The position numbers and the translations under genes were made by a program. The notes beneath the pieces were generated by a model. That model searched no databases and was not told the DNA's origin. It saw only the letters and a list, made by a program, of their open reading frames with translations. A DNA stretch of 64,000 nucleotides, taken from IMG/VR virus record IMGVR_UViG_3300028845_000030. One strand, given 5' to 3'. This DNA comes from a virus. Below, in pieces: positions 22,284 through 31,689 of this stretch (its first letter is position 1; every line of letters begins with the position of its first letter).

Positions 22284-22727
22284 TTATTTTGGTATATAAC
22301 TTTTCCAATTTAATAATTGGAAATGAGGATAATCTTTAAATTTCCAGTCTCCACCCCATTCAATCTGAGGTTCTATTTTTTTAATTATATCTTTAAATTT
22401 TTTAAATAAATTGATATTCCAATCTAATTTTTGTTTTAAATTGATAAAAGCTATATCAAAAGCAAATGATGGATTGTAATTATGTGGAGATTGTCCAGCT
22501 TTAGCTTGAGATACTTTTTCACTGGCTTCATCTATAATACCATTACCATTATTGTCTTTACCATCTGTTGGTTGATTATATAGAGCAGTTTGTTCTTCAT
22601 TTGATCTATATGTACAAACTACAAATGGTTGAGAATCTAATGGATATAACTTTTTATATTCATCTATAGCTTTATAATAAGCTTCTCTTAATATATAATT
22701 AAGATCTTTTGTGTCTCTACTAGCCAT
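22284..22727 (-). CDS. Endolysin, LAS-type zinc peptidase (peptidase M15 / VanY-like)
   Basis: SPHNYNPSFAFDIAF (H...D) plus DYPHFQL (third His) match the SxHxxGxAxD...H metal-binding site of M15 peptidoglycan peptidases. Confidence 0.8.
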   Translation of the reverse strand: MASRDTKDLNYILREAYYKAIDEYKKLYPLDSQPFVVCTYRSNEEQTALYNQPTDGKDNNGNGIIDEASEKVSQAKAGQSPHNYNPSFAFDIAFINLKQKLDWNINLFKKFKDIIKKIEPQIEWGGDWKFKDYPHFQLLNWKSYIPK

Positions 22728-22927
22728 TATTTCATGGGTTTAGGTGCTTTCTTAATGTCTGTCGTATCTACTGGATAATTAACTATAGTGATGTTGTAAT
22801 TCTTGTTTGTTTTTTGATATAGTGTATCAGGACTATCAGAATAGCTATTAACTATAATTTTATGAGAGACTCCTACTGTACATGCTATAATAAGAATTGC
22901 TATTAAAAAGGCTAATATAGTTTTCAT
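22727..22927 (-). CDS. Small lipoprotein (outer spanin-like)
   Basis: 66 aa. Signal peptide with lipobox LIIAC. ATGA overlap with the endolysin gene. Confidence 0.6.
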   Translation of the reverse strand: MKTILAFLIAILIIACTVGVSHKIIVNSYSDSPDTLYQKTNKNYNITIVNYPVDTTDIKKAPKPMK

Positions 22928-23739
22928 TTTTTAACTTGGAATTTTTCTTCTGGTTGTAATTTATTATTAATTATAACATTTACTATATGTGTTCCTTCTT
23001 TAAATTCTTTTTTATTTTCCAGGATCAGGTTTATTTTACATTCTGTTCCAACATAATTAACAATAGTGTCTTTCTTTATATCATCCTTTTTATCTGTACT
23101 CTTTATAATTACAGATATTCTTTTTTCTTCTTTTGTTGCAAATTTATTAGTTGGTAGTGAAAAAACTATTTTTGTTTTCTTTATTTTAGAAGCCTGATCT
23201 GTATTAAATTCTTTTGTTTTACCTAATAGATTTGTAGTAGTTCCTATTCCATTTATTGTAAATCCTGTTATTAATAGTCTGCTTGCTTCACTTAACTCTT
23301 GTTCTAATACGGCTTTATCTCTTAATATGTTACTTCTTTTTTCATATTCTTCAGCTAATTTGTATTTATATCTCTCATTTTCTCTAATTGATTGTTCATA
23401 TTTTTTATTTACTTCGATCACTTGTTTTTCAAAAATCTTCTTTTGGTCATTTAGTCCTTCTGACTTTTGTTGAAAATATATAGATTTAATATCAGCTTCT
23501 TTACCATTTAAAGCATAATTAATAGCACTGAAATACTTATCTTTTAATTTTTGGTTTTCTATTTTTAATAATGAATCTTCTATCTTAATAGTGCTTATTT
23601 TTTGCAGATCTACTATTAATTTTCTTACTATCTCTAATTTTAAAGAGTCTTCTGTTCCTTTTAATATCTGTTTTTTTGCACTTTGTTCTATACAAGATAC
23701 TAATAAAACTATAATAAGTATGATATATTTATTCTTCAT
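22924..23739 (-). CDS. Coiled-coil lipoprotein (lysis-associated?)
   Basis: 271 aa. Signal peptide with lipobox LLVSC. Long K/E-rich coiled-coil region. Overlaps both flanking genes by 1-4 nt. Confidence 0.6.
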   Translation of the reverse strand: MKNKYIILIIVLLVSCIEQSAKKQILKGTEDSLKLEIVRKLIVDLQKISTIKIEDSLLKIENQKLKDKYFSAINYALNGKEADIKSIYFQQKSEGLNDQKKIFEKQVIEVNKKYEQSIRENERYKYKLAEEYEKRSNILRDKAVLEQELSEASRLLITGFTINGIGTTTNLLGKTKEFNTDQASKIKKTKIVFSLPTNKFATKEEKRISVIIKSTDKKDDIKKDTIVNYVGTECKINLILENKKEFKEGTHIVNVIINNKLQPEEKFQVKK

Positions 23740-24149
23740 TATTTCTTACTATTTCTTGCTATTTCTATAATAAGATTATATGTATCATCTTGTCTTTTTC
23801 TAAGATCATTTGCATCATTAGAAGCTGCTTGTCTATCTATAGTTTGATTTTTTCTTATTTCTCCTAGTTCTTTCTTTATATTAGCTATTTCTTGTGCTTC
23901 TAATAGTGGTAATATAGATAGACTATCTACTCTCTTAGTATATTTTGGATAATCTTTAGTTAGAATATTATCATGAGCAGAAATCTTATTATGATCACTA
24001 TAAGCAGCTAATATAATAGCTCCTATAGACGTAACAGTTATTCCTAGCACCCATACAATGATTGAAGATCTTGCATCTATAATCCAACCATGTATTTTTT
24101 CTAATATGTTCTTTTCTTGATTATCCATGTTTTTATTACAATAGTTCAA
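23739..24149 (-). CDS. Single-pass membrane coiled-coil protein (inner spanin- or holin-like)
   Basis: 136 aa. One TM helix (IIVWVLGITVTSIGAIILAAY) followed by a charged helical C-terminus. Adjacent to the lipoprotein genes. Confidence 0.55.
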   Translation of the reverse strand: MNYCNKNMDNQEKNILEKIHGWIIDARSSIIVWVLGITVTSIGAIILAAYSDHNKISAHDNILTKDYPKYTKRVDSLSILPLLEAQEIANIKKELGEIRKNQTIDRQAASNDANDLRKRQDDTYNLIIEIARNSKK

Positions 24150-24417
24150 TTATTCTATTATTTACATCATCATCTGTCCATTGACCTATTTTAGTATAAG
24201 AATTACTAATAACTTCTCCTTCTTCATTAACCTTATCTTCCCACAAAGTTAAAATTTTAGTAGCTCCTGTACCACTAAAAAATGATATATGAGCAATGAC
24301 AGCCTTACCATCATCAGTTACTAAATCTACTGATATTTTATCAGTTTTTAATACAACTTCTTCCTTTGGAATGATTATAATTTTTGTTTCTTTTTTTAAT
24401 GATAATTCTCTTGCCAT
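24136..24417 (-). CDS. Hypothetical protein
   Basis: 93-aa ORF between a tail-fibre gene and the lysis cluster. Confidence 0.6.
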   Translation of the reverse strand: MARELSLKKETKIIIIPKEEVVLKTDKISVDLVTDDGKAVIAHISFFSGTGATKILTLWEDKVNEEGEVISNSYTKIGQWTDDDVNNRIIELL

Positions 24418-24422
24418 GTTAT

Positions 24423-26066
24423 TTAGTCATTAGTTGTTTTAGCTGCTATATAGTAAGTTGTTCCTCCAATATTTACTGTTATTGTTCTATCTGGAGCTGT
24501 TGGTGAAACAGAATTTACAGCACTTGCACACACAATATTTTCTCTTGTTGTTCCAGCCCTTGTAAAGAACAGATTTGTACCATTGTACTCCATTGCTCCT
24601 GCTTCTGCTGTTGTAAGATTTGTTCCAGAAGTAAATTTTAGTGGAGCTGTGCTTGCCGTTGCGGTTCCTGCTGCAAGTACATGGTAGGCAGCTGACCATG
24701 TAACTAATCCAGCGCTTGATATAGTGGCCCTATTAGTGTTATTAGTCCCAAAATTTAAAGGGTCAGCTGTTAGAGTACCAATAGCCAAACCAGTACTGCT
24801 TGCTCCATCTGAAATTAAGTATGTTTTGTCAGCACTTGTCACCCCTAAGAAATTTAAGGCGTGCGCTGATCCACACGTTAATAGACCTCCGTAAGTAGCA
24901 AATGACCCTCTGTTATTTTGAAAATAAAAAGATGAATTACCTGACGAGTGCGTATTCTGAACCTCTATTGATATTCTATTATTTGAACTTCCAGTTACAG
25001 CTATTGGGCTACTCGTTGCTGCTGCTGTTGAGCCTATACTTAACCCTGAACTATTTATTTGCGCTATTTGTGAATTTCCGCCTGCTGCAAACCTAATTAC
25101 TCCACCAACAACATCAGACATTATACCAAACGAACGCCCGCTGTATATATATCCATCCCCTGCGGCGTTCATTCCATACGGTGTTGTTGTGGATGAGTTT
25201 AAACCGAAATTTATAACGGAGCCAACATCATTAAATATTTCAAGCCTTGAGCTTGCGCTTGCTCCCGCTGTGCTGTTGGTAATATTTAGCGATGTTTTAT
25301 TATTCTGTCCTACCGTTATATTTAGCGGAACAGTTGCACTTGCTGCGGTAGCCCCTATATACGCTCCGCTGGCATTTGACTTTAATCCATTTGCTGTAAA
25401 GATTGTGCCGTCAAACGTTAATAGAGAATTATCTCCCCATGTGTTTGTTGCCGTTGCGTAGGCCAACCTGTTAGCCGTTGCGCTGTTGGGTAATTTTAAT
25501 GTACTCCATAATGGTAATGTAGTAACACCCCCACTTCTTAAATAACTTCCCACTGCAACATCTGCTATTCTACTTGGTGTATTAGCAGCACTAAATGATA
25601 CAATATCTCCTGTAGTTCCTGTTGATGGTATAACAGTAGTAGCACTTGCTAATGTAGCAGGAGTAACAAATTTATCTGTATTAGTTCCTGTATTTACTTC
25701 TGCTTGTGTAGCATTATATGGTACATCTAAAAATTCCCAACTTACACCATTACTATAATACATACCTGCACTATAATATGTACCTCCTAATGATCCTGGA
25801 AGCCATTTAGTACCCTGTGACGCTGAACACCAATAGAACTTACCTGTAACTGTTCCTACTGCTGGTAATGCACTATAATTAGCAACTACCGTAATTGGGT
25901 CTTGATAAGTTCCTGTAAAATTGACAATAGGATTAGCAGGATCTGTATTATCTACTGTAATATCAGTTCCTGAATTTACAGATGTAACAGTACCTCCACC
26001 ACTTCCTCCAGATCCTCCTGATGAGGAAACTATTCTTCTACTATTTTTAATTACAGGACTGCTCAT
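24423..26066 (-). CDS. Tail fibre protein
   Basis: 547 aa. Contains a GGSGGSGGG linker and is A/G/S/T-rich and beta-rich. The local DNA looks richer in G+C. Confidence 0.65.
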   Translation of the reverse strand: MSSPVIKNSRRIVSSSGGSGGSGGGTVTSVNSGTDITVDNTDPANPIVNFTGTYQDPITVVANYSALPAVGTVTGKFYWCSASQGTKWLPGSLGGTYYSAGMYYSNGVSWEFLDVPYNATQAEVNTGTNTDKFVTPATLASATTVIPSTGTTGDIVSFSAANTPSRIADVAVGSYLRSGGVTTLPLWSTLKLPNSATANRLAYATATNTWGDNSLLTFDGTIFTANGLKSNASGAYIGATAASATVPLNITVGQNNKTSLNITNSTAGASASSRLEIFNDVGSVINFGLNSSTTTPYGMNAAGDGYIYSGRSFGIMSDVVGGVIRFAAGGNSQIAQINSSGLSIGSTAAATSSPIAVTGSSNNRISIEVQNTHSSGNSSFYFQNNRGSFATYGGLLTCGSAHALNFLGVTSADKTYLISDGASSTGLAIGTLTADPLNFGTNNTNRATISSAGLVTWSAAYHVLAAGTATASTAPLKFTSGTNLTTAEAGAMEYNGTNLFFTRAGTTRENIVCASAVNSVSPTAPDRTITVNIGGTTYYIAAKTTND

Positions 26067-27193
26067 TAGTATTTATGATTAAAATTAGATAGTGGTTTAT
26101 AACTTTTTACTAAAATTTCTTTAAATACTCTTTTTATTTTACCAGTTAAACTAAAAAATGAAGATCCTGCTGTAACTGGTGATGTTATAAAATTCCATCC
26201 AGTATTATTTCCATTATCTACTCCATCTGTATTATTCCATGTTCCACCTGATGCTGCGCTATCTGTTATATCTAAATAACTAAATCCATATATACCTCCA
26301 TTTCCAACTAAATTCCATTGTGTAACTAATGGATCATCTCCAAAAAGTTCAATTCTAGCAGATGGACCAGTATTAAATGTTATATTATTAAACAGAAAAC
26401 CCTCCCCAGCAAGGAAATTTAATCTATTTGGACCATTTACGGTAAAATTATTACCTACTGAGAAATTACTTGTAAAATGATACTGATGACTTGCTCCAGC
26501 GTTAGCATTTATAATAAGATTATAAGGCTCCTTACCTCCAAAATTAATAGTTTTCGTAGTGTTTGCGGTATTACTAAGCACAATAGTTGCAGTTCCCGCA
26601 TTGAATGTTGTAGCTGCGTCTATTATTACAGCTGTAGTGAGTCCAGAAATTGTCCATGTGCCACTTCCCATATTAAGGATAGTTAAACTACTTGTTATAA
26701 GTTTTAATAAAGCACAATTAAAGTTATTTGCATCGAAAGTTCCACTTGTAATTGTAGTTGTTTGTGCTGTAATATTATCTTGCAATGTCCATACACCACC
26801 AACTCCAAATATTAATAAACTTGGAAGAGTTTTACCAGCAGTTGTAATTGTATTTCCAGACGCTGTATCGTTAAATGTTATTTTACATGAAGCGTTATTA
26901 GTTAATGCTGTATAGGTCATACCAGAAACCATAGTCAAACTCTTAACAATAGTCCATGTAAAGGCATTGTGAGTTAGTGTTCCTGTAAATCCTGTAAATG
27001 TTGCACTAAGACAATTGGCAGCAGCATTGATTACAGCAGATCCTGATCCACTATTTGCATCAAAAAATACATCGTCAGATGTTGTTGGTACAGAGGCATT
27101 ATTTGCCCCTCCAGATGTAGCAGACCAGTTAGTATTGCCAGTTGCAGCCCAATCAGTTGAGCTGCCTCCTCCTACCCAATATCTTGATGCCAT
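26066..27193 (-). CDS. Tail fibre / beta-helix repeat protein
   Basis: 375 aa. N-terminus YWVGGGSSTDWAATGNTNWSATSGG and T/N/G-rich repeats are typical of beta-solenoid adhesin or fibre proteins. ATGA-type overlap with the downstream gene. Confidence 0.6.
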   Translation of the reverse strand: MASRYWVGGGSSTDWAATGNTNWSATSGGANNASVPTTSDDVFFDANSGSGSAVINAAANCLSATFTGFTGTLTHNAFTWTIVKSLTMVSGMTYTALTNNASCKITFNDTASGNTITTAGKTLPSLLIFGVGGVWTLQDNITAQTTTITSGTFDANNFNCALLKLITSSLTILNMGSGTWTISGLTTAVIIDAATTFNAGTATIVLSNTANTTKTINFGGKEPYNLIINANAGASHQYHFTSNFSVGNNFTVNGPNRLNFLAGEGFLFNNITFNTGPSARIELFGDDPLVTQWNLVGNGGIYGFSYLDITDSAASGGTWNNTDGVDNGNNTGWNFITSPVTAGSSFFSLTGKIKRVFKEILVKSYKPLSNFNHKY

Positions 27194-27209
27194 GACAATT
27201 ATTTATATA

Positions 27210-27563
27210 TTATTCAAAAGAATAATATTGAATATTTAATGTATGTGTACCAGCTTGTGCTTGTACTACTCTAAAATTATTCAAATTTGCTGTGTCTACT
27301 ATGTCCCATGTGTCAAGATTTGATCTTCCCATTCCTGTAGTAGTGGTTGGTGGAGTTTTAGTTCCTAGTTCTAAGAATCTTATGGCTACACCTGTAGCAC
27401 TTGATTCTAAAGACATTAAAGCATATACAGCACCTGTAGGTATTGTTAAACTAGCTACTGTTCCATCAACTGTTAGTTGTTGATAACCACATGCTTTATA
27501 ACTGTTTCTTGTAGCTTGTAAAAGTTGTCTTAAATATAAGAGATTTTCTGTTCCACCAACCAT
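27210..27563 (-). CDS. Hypothetical structural protein
   Basis: 117-aa ORF within the tail-fibre cluster. Confidence 0.6.
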   Translation of the reverse strand: MVGGTENLLYLRQLLQATRNSYKACGYQQLTVDGTVASLTIPTGAVYALMSLESSATGVAIRFLELGTKTPPTTTTGMGRSNLDTWDIVDTANLNNFRVVQAQAGTHTLNIQYYSFE

Positions 27564-27590
27564 TGTGTTTGTATTTTAATATTGTTATTT

Positions 27591-27836
27591 TTAATCTGTT
27601 ACTTCGTCAAATATAGTATCTGTAGCTTCTTCTTTTGCTTTAACTTGAGGTTCTGTAGCAGTGTTATTTAATTTATTTACAAGATAATCATGATATTGTA
27701 AAGCTCCTAAAATACCATTAATATTAGCTCTTGTTAATTCAAGATTTTTAGCTAATTCTTGTTCTGTTTTCTTTTGTTCTTCTAATTGTTTATTTAGAAG
27801 AGCTTTTTGTTCATCTAATAATTTTTTGTTTTCCAT
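27591..27836 (-). CDS. Small coiled-coil protein
   Basis: 81 aa, K/E/L-rich heptad-like sequence. Confidence 0.55.
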   Translation of the reverse strand: MENKKLLDEQKALLNKQLEEQKKTEQELAKNLELTRANINGILGALQYHDYLVNKLNNTATEPQVKAKEEATDTIFDEVTD

Positions 27837-27876
27837 TTTTCTTTGATTTTATTTATATTTTGTAAATATACTAATT

Positions 27877-29151
27877 TTAATGATTCAACACTGTAGAAAT
27901 ATCATAATATTTTGTATTAGTTGCATCATATACAAGTCTAATAGTATCTGTTTTACCCACTGTAGTTGTAAGAGTGGGTGCAGCTCCACCACCCCAAGCT
28001 ATTGTAGCAGGCCATGTTAATGTATAAGATCCTGCTCCACCTTGTTTAATTAAAAGAGTATATATAGCTCCATCTTTAGGATTAGCAAATGTAAATGTTC
28101 TATTTCCACCTAATACTACATATTGTACATTAGAGTTATTCCAATCTAAAGCTATTGTAGCACCATCTGTTAGTGTATATTTCTTTGAAAAAGTTTGTCC
28201 TACAGTTTGTTGATTACCAACAAGATCCAGAGCTTCTTGTGGATTTGTATTTAAAATACCAAATTTACCACCTCTTATACTCCATACATTTACAAGACCA
28301 CTTCCACTATCTACTTGTCCAGATAACCTTGCATCTAAGTTAGCAGATGTACCATCCCAATGTGCTACAATTCTTGCTGTGAAAAAATCAGCATTTCCTG
28401 ATAATGAGGAATTAAAATTAATAGCTGTTTCTGTGTAATTTAATCCAGATCCTATATTTCTTAGTTGTAATGTACCACAATATGCTGTGGTTTCATTATT
28501 AGATGCTACATCTAATTTCCAATCTGGTGTAATTCCTACTCCCACTTCACCTGTTTTAAGGAAATACATCCTTGTAGTAGCATTTGTTTTTAATAGAAAA
28601 TCTTGATTATCAGATGTTCCTATAAAAGAAGTATCATTTCCAGGAGAATTTCCTGTTAATGACCAAAATCCAAGACTTGCTGTAGTTAAATAAGCTAATG
28701 TTACAGCATCTTGAGGATTTGTAGGATCACCCATTCCTGTAATTTTATTAGTACCCATAGCAATTGCTCCAGACATTGTACCACCAGTTAATGCTAGTTT
28801 TAAATCTGCATATGCTTTTGTGGCTGCTCCTTGAGGTACTGTAGGATCTACTAATCCAGTAATTTTAAATGAACCTAATGCCCAATCAGCTGTTAGTGGT
28901 GTACTTCCGTCAGCTTTAAGTCTTAAATTAACATCTGTTGTTAAAGCAGTGTCTGCGTTAGCTCTTGTTGTTGCTTCTGCTGTAACACTAGCTGCTACAA
29001 CAGCATCTGCTGCTATATAAGCTGTTGTTACAAGAGCTGTAACTTCTGTTAATGTAGCTTTCTCTGAAACACCTGATTTTGATATTTCAAATAAAGTTCC
29101 AGCTGTTACACCCCCTGTTGCTGGTAATTGTGATATTTTATAACTTGGCAT
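27877..29151 (-). CDS. Tail fibre protein
   Basis: 424 aa. The N-terminus MPSYKISQLPATGGV... resembles conserved phage fibre N-termini. A/T/G-rich. Confidence 0.65.
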   Translation of the reverse strand: MPSYKISQLPATGGVTAGTLFEISKSGVSEKATLTEVTALVTTAYIAADAVVAASVTAEATTRANADTALTTDVNLRLKADGSTPLTADWALGSFKITGLVDPTVPQGAATKAYADLKLALTGGTMSGAIAMGTNKITGMGDPTNPQDAVTLAYLTTASLGFWSLTGNSPGNDTSFIGTSDNQDFLLKTNATTRMYFLKTGEVGVGITPDWKLDVASNNETTAYCGTLQLRNIGSGLNYTETAINFNSSLSGNADFFTARIVAHWDGTSANLDARLSGQVDSGSGLVNVWSIRGGKFGILNTNPQEALDLVGNQQTVGQTFSKKYTLTDGATIALDWNNSNVQYVVLGGNRTFTFANPKDGAIYTLLIKQGGAGSYTLTWPATIAWGGGAAPTLTTTVGKTDTIRLVYDATNTKYYDISTVLNH

Positions 29152-29163
29152 GTTTAGTATTTA

Positions 29164-29571
29164 TTATTCTATAATTCTTGGATTATCATTATCTATTATT
29201 CTTATATCCCCTAGTTCTGTTATTCTTGTATTTCCAAAGTCTGTTGGTATAACTAATACAGATACTATTGTTCCTGGATTTGGAAGTGTTACATTTAATA
29301 ATGCTGATACTGAAGGAAATATAACTCCTTGCATATCTTCTTCTGATAGACAATTAACTGTACTTGTTGGATCAGCTGATATTGATTGATATTCTTCTAT
29401 TATTCTTAAATAAGCGTTAGCTAATTTAAGCTTTCTTAGGTTATCTGCTGCACATTTTCTACCATAGTAGAAATCTCTAGCTGTTTTATAAGCTAATTCA
29501 CCTATTGCACACCCAATAGTTTGAGCTGAACGCCCTAAGTCTAAAGCTGTTAAATAAGTTATAATTGTCAT
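29164..29571 (-). CDS. Hypothetical protein
   Basis: 135-aa ORF. Its start overlaps the upstream stop. Confidence 0.6.
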   Translation of the reverse strand: MTIITYLTALDLGRSAQTIGCAIGELAYKTARDFYYGRKCAADNLRKLKLANAYLRIIEEYQSISADPTSTVNCLSEEDMQGVIFPSVSALLNVTLPNPGTIVSVLVIPTDFGNTRITELGDIRIIDNDNPRIIE

Positions 29572-30020
29572 TATATTGCCAATAAAGAGAGAGCATATGC
29601 TGTTACAGATCCACCATTAGCTAATACCTGTAATGTTAACAATTGTACACCTGCTGATAAATTAGCTTGTGTTATAGTTCCAAAATCAATTAGAGCCACA
29701 TTACCATTACTAAAGTTAGCAGATGTAGCTACAGTACCTAATGTACTAGTAAGTCTTGCATATCCATTCCCTGTAGTGTTTAAAGCCCCATAAATCTTAG
29801 TGAGAGCCTGTGGAATATTAGCTGTTCCTGGGAATAATATGTATCCTATTGTAGTCCAACTATTTGATGTGGATGATATACCATTACCAAAGGAAGTGTC
29901 TATTCTACTTTTAGCATTAGTTCCATCTTCACATGTAGCATCAGCTCCATTTTCACCATTTGCTCCAGCTGGACCTTCTACTAAAGCACTATCATTTGGA
30001 GGACATCCACAATCTGCCAT
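29571..30020 (-). CDS. Small fibre-like protein with a Cys-rich N-terminus and a short collagen-like GxxGxxG run (paralog of 30022..30513)
   Basis: N-terminus MADCGCPP...GPAGANGENGAD. Shares the GY[IF][LI]FPGT[AD]N motif with the next gene. Confidence 0.65.
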   Translation of the reverse strand: MADCGCPPNDSALVEGPAGANGENGADATCEDGTNAKSRIDTSFGNGISSTSNSWTTIGYILFPGTANIPQALTKIYGALNTTGNGYARLTSTLGTVATSANFSNGNVALIDFGTITQANLSAGVQLLTLQVLANGGSVTAYALSLLAI

Positions 30021-30021
30021 T

Positions 30022-30513
30022 TTATTCTTGTATTAAAAGTAAGTTTTCTATTTGAATTGTTCCTGTTAAATCTGTTAAATCTTCTGGAAATACCTCTATT
30101 GTACAAAGATCTAGTTCTGCTGGTATATTAGATAATGCCCCTAGATCAAATATAGCTACAGATGATCCTGTTATTGATGTAGATTCAGCTATAATTAGAT
30201 TATCAGAATCTCTTAGTCTTACTAACCAAGAAGTATTTGATATTGCTACAGATATATAAGCTTTATTTGGACTAATTCCTGCTAAATTATCTGTTCCTGG
30301 GAATATGAAATAACCAGCTATTTGGAATTGAGCAAAATCTGTAGAATCATCAATAAAGTTTTGAACACTATAGAATGTATCTAAAGCTGTATCAAATACA
30401 ACATGTTCTTCTATACCATCAGATCCATTATAAGCTACACCTGGTTGACCATCTTCTCCTGGAGCACCAATTGGTATAACTATTGAAGTTTCATTACATC
30501 CTGTTGTACACAT
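30022..30513 (-). CDS. Small fibre-like protein, paralog of 29571..30020
   Basis: N-terminus MCTTGCNE...GAPGEDGQPG. Contains the shared motif as GYFIFPGTDN. Confidence 0.65.
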   Translation of the reverse strand: MCTTGCNETSIVIPIGAPGEDGQPGVAYNGSDGIEEHVVFDTALDTFYSVQNFIDDSTDFAQFQIAGYFIFPGTDNLAGISPNKAYISVAISNTSWLVRLRDSDNLIIAESTSITGSSVAIFDLGALSNIPAELDLCTIEVFPEDLTDLTGTIQIENLLLIQE

Positions 30514-31100
30514 TAGTTACAAGTGTTACAATTAGAATTAGTACAGAGTTTCTGTAATATTGTTAAAAGACTGTCAAATAAACTTGTTTTAGCACAAGCT
30601 GCTGCTCTTTTAAGTCCTGTCAATAAAGCATCTGCTTTAGAAGCTACTGCTATAGCATCTGCCTGACAATCACAACTAGGATCAGTTATTTTTGCAAACA
30701 TTTGATTTACACAACAATTAATGTTGCAATAAAAGAATTGATAAACTGTAGTTTGAACAGTGTCTGTTCCTAATTCATCAAAATACACCTTATAGACAAA
30801 CTTATAAAGTCCATCTGAAAAATTACCATTTCCCTGACTTAAATCAGTGGGTGTAATTTCATACTCTTGTGTATCATCTGTTGTAGGCCACGCAGGAGTT
30901 TGAGCAAATAAATCTATTGTAAATGTTGTACCACTTGGATCAGTGATATAGAGATATGCAGCTAGTGCATCTGATGTTGCTTCATTAGGAGTACCCCAAC
31001 CTGTTAAATTAGAAGCAGAATAAGCACCAGTTGTTTCTGTGAAAGTCATAGACTGACACGTATTTGCTTGGCAAATATTGAATGATAATACTAGGCTCAT
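30513..31100 (-). CDS. Cys-rich structural protein
   Basis: 195 aa with clustered Cys residues (CNINCCVN, PSCDCQ, CTNSNCNTCN). First gene after the strong terminator. Confidence 0.65.
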   Translation of the reverse strand: MSLVLSFNICQANTCQSMTFTETTGAYSASNLTGWGTPNEATSDALAAYLYITDPSGTTFTIDLFAQTPAWPTTDDTQEYEITPTDLSQGNGNFSDGLYKFVYKVYFDELGTDTVQTTVYQFFYCNINCCVNQMFAKITDPSCDCQADAIAVASKADALLTGLKRAAACAKTSLFDSLLTILQKLCTNSNCNTCN

Positions 31101-31130
31101 TATATTATTTTATATGTTTAGCGCAAAGCG

Positions 31131-31199
31131 CAAATAAAAAAGCTACTAACCTCCAGGAAAAAGTAAAGGAAGGGAAAACGTAAACCTGGAGGAAGTAGC
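31131..31199 (-). terminator. Rho-independent terminator downstream of the 31210..31656 gene
   Basis: On the minus strand, the stem GCTACT..CCTCCAGG / CCTGGAGG..AGTAGC (plus-strand 31142..31157 and 31185..31199) is followed by TTTTTTATTT (plus-strand 31131..31140). Confidence 0.7.
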
Positions 31200-31209
31200 A
31201 ATAATTGTT

Positions 31210-31656
31210 TTACAGGAAGTATTCCACGTAAACATCAAGAACACCTGCTGTAAGAGCTTCTACAGCTACAACAGCTCTGATTTCTTTGTTAGCTGCCAAT
31301 AGAATATAAGAAGCTGCTTTTCTAGCTGCATCTAATACTGCGGTATCACCTGCTACAGTAGCTTCAGCATAAGAACCAGGAAGAAGTCCATGTAGACCAG
31401 AATCCCATACATTTGTTGCATCAGAGATAGCAATAGCTGCTTTCAAATCACCTGCTGATACTAATTGCAATGCAATAGTAGCTGCATCTGTTGAAGATGT
31501 AAATGTAGTTCTTACATTATAAAAAGCATTAGTTACAATAGCTCCTGATGGTATAAATACCCCAAGACCATAACCTGCTGTATTAATTGATCCAGCTCCA
31601 ACGGCTGTTGCATCAAATGTTGCTTTTACAACATGTTTTGTTAAAAATTGATTCAT
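31210..31656 (-). CDS. Abundant small structural protein (head decoration or fibre candidate)
   Basis: 148 aa, A/V/T-rich. Last gene before a strong terminator, together with the 423-aa gene. Confidence 0.65.
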   Translation of the reverse strand: MNQFLTKHVVKATFDATAVGAGSINTAGYGLGVFIPSGAIVTNAFYNVRTTFTSSTDAATIALQLVSAGDLKAAIAISDATNVWDSGLHGLLPGSYAEATVAGDTAVLDAARKAASYILLAANKEIRAVVAVEALTAGVLDVYVEYFL

Positions 31657-31689
31657 TTTAAATATATTTTATTATTTTATAATATTAGA

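Noticed and set aside
20166-29151. A diversity-generating retroelement or phase-variable tail-fibre system
   Set aside because: No reverse transcriptase, invertase or template/variable repeat pair could be seen in the window. Similarity among the fibre genes is limited to low-complexity G/S/T-rich segments.
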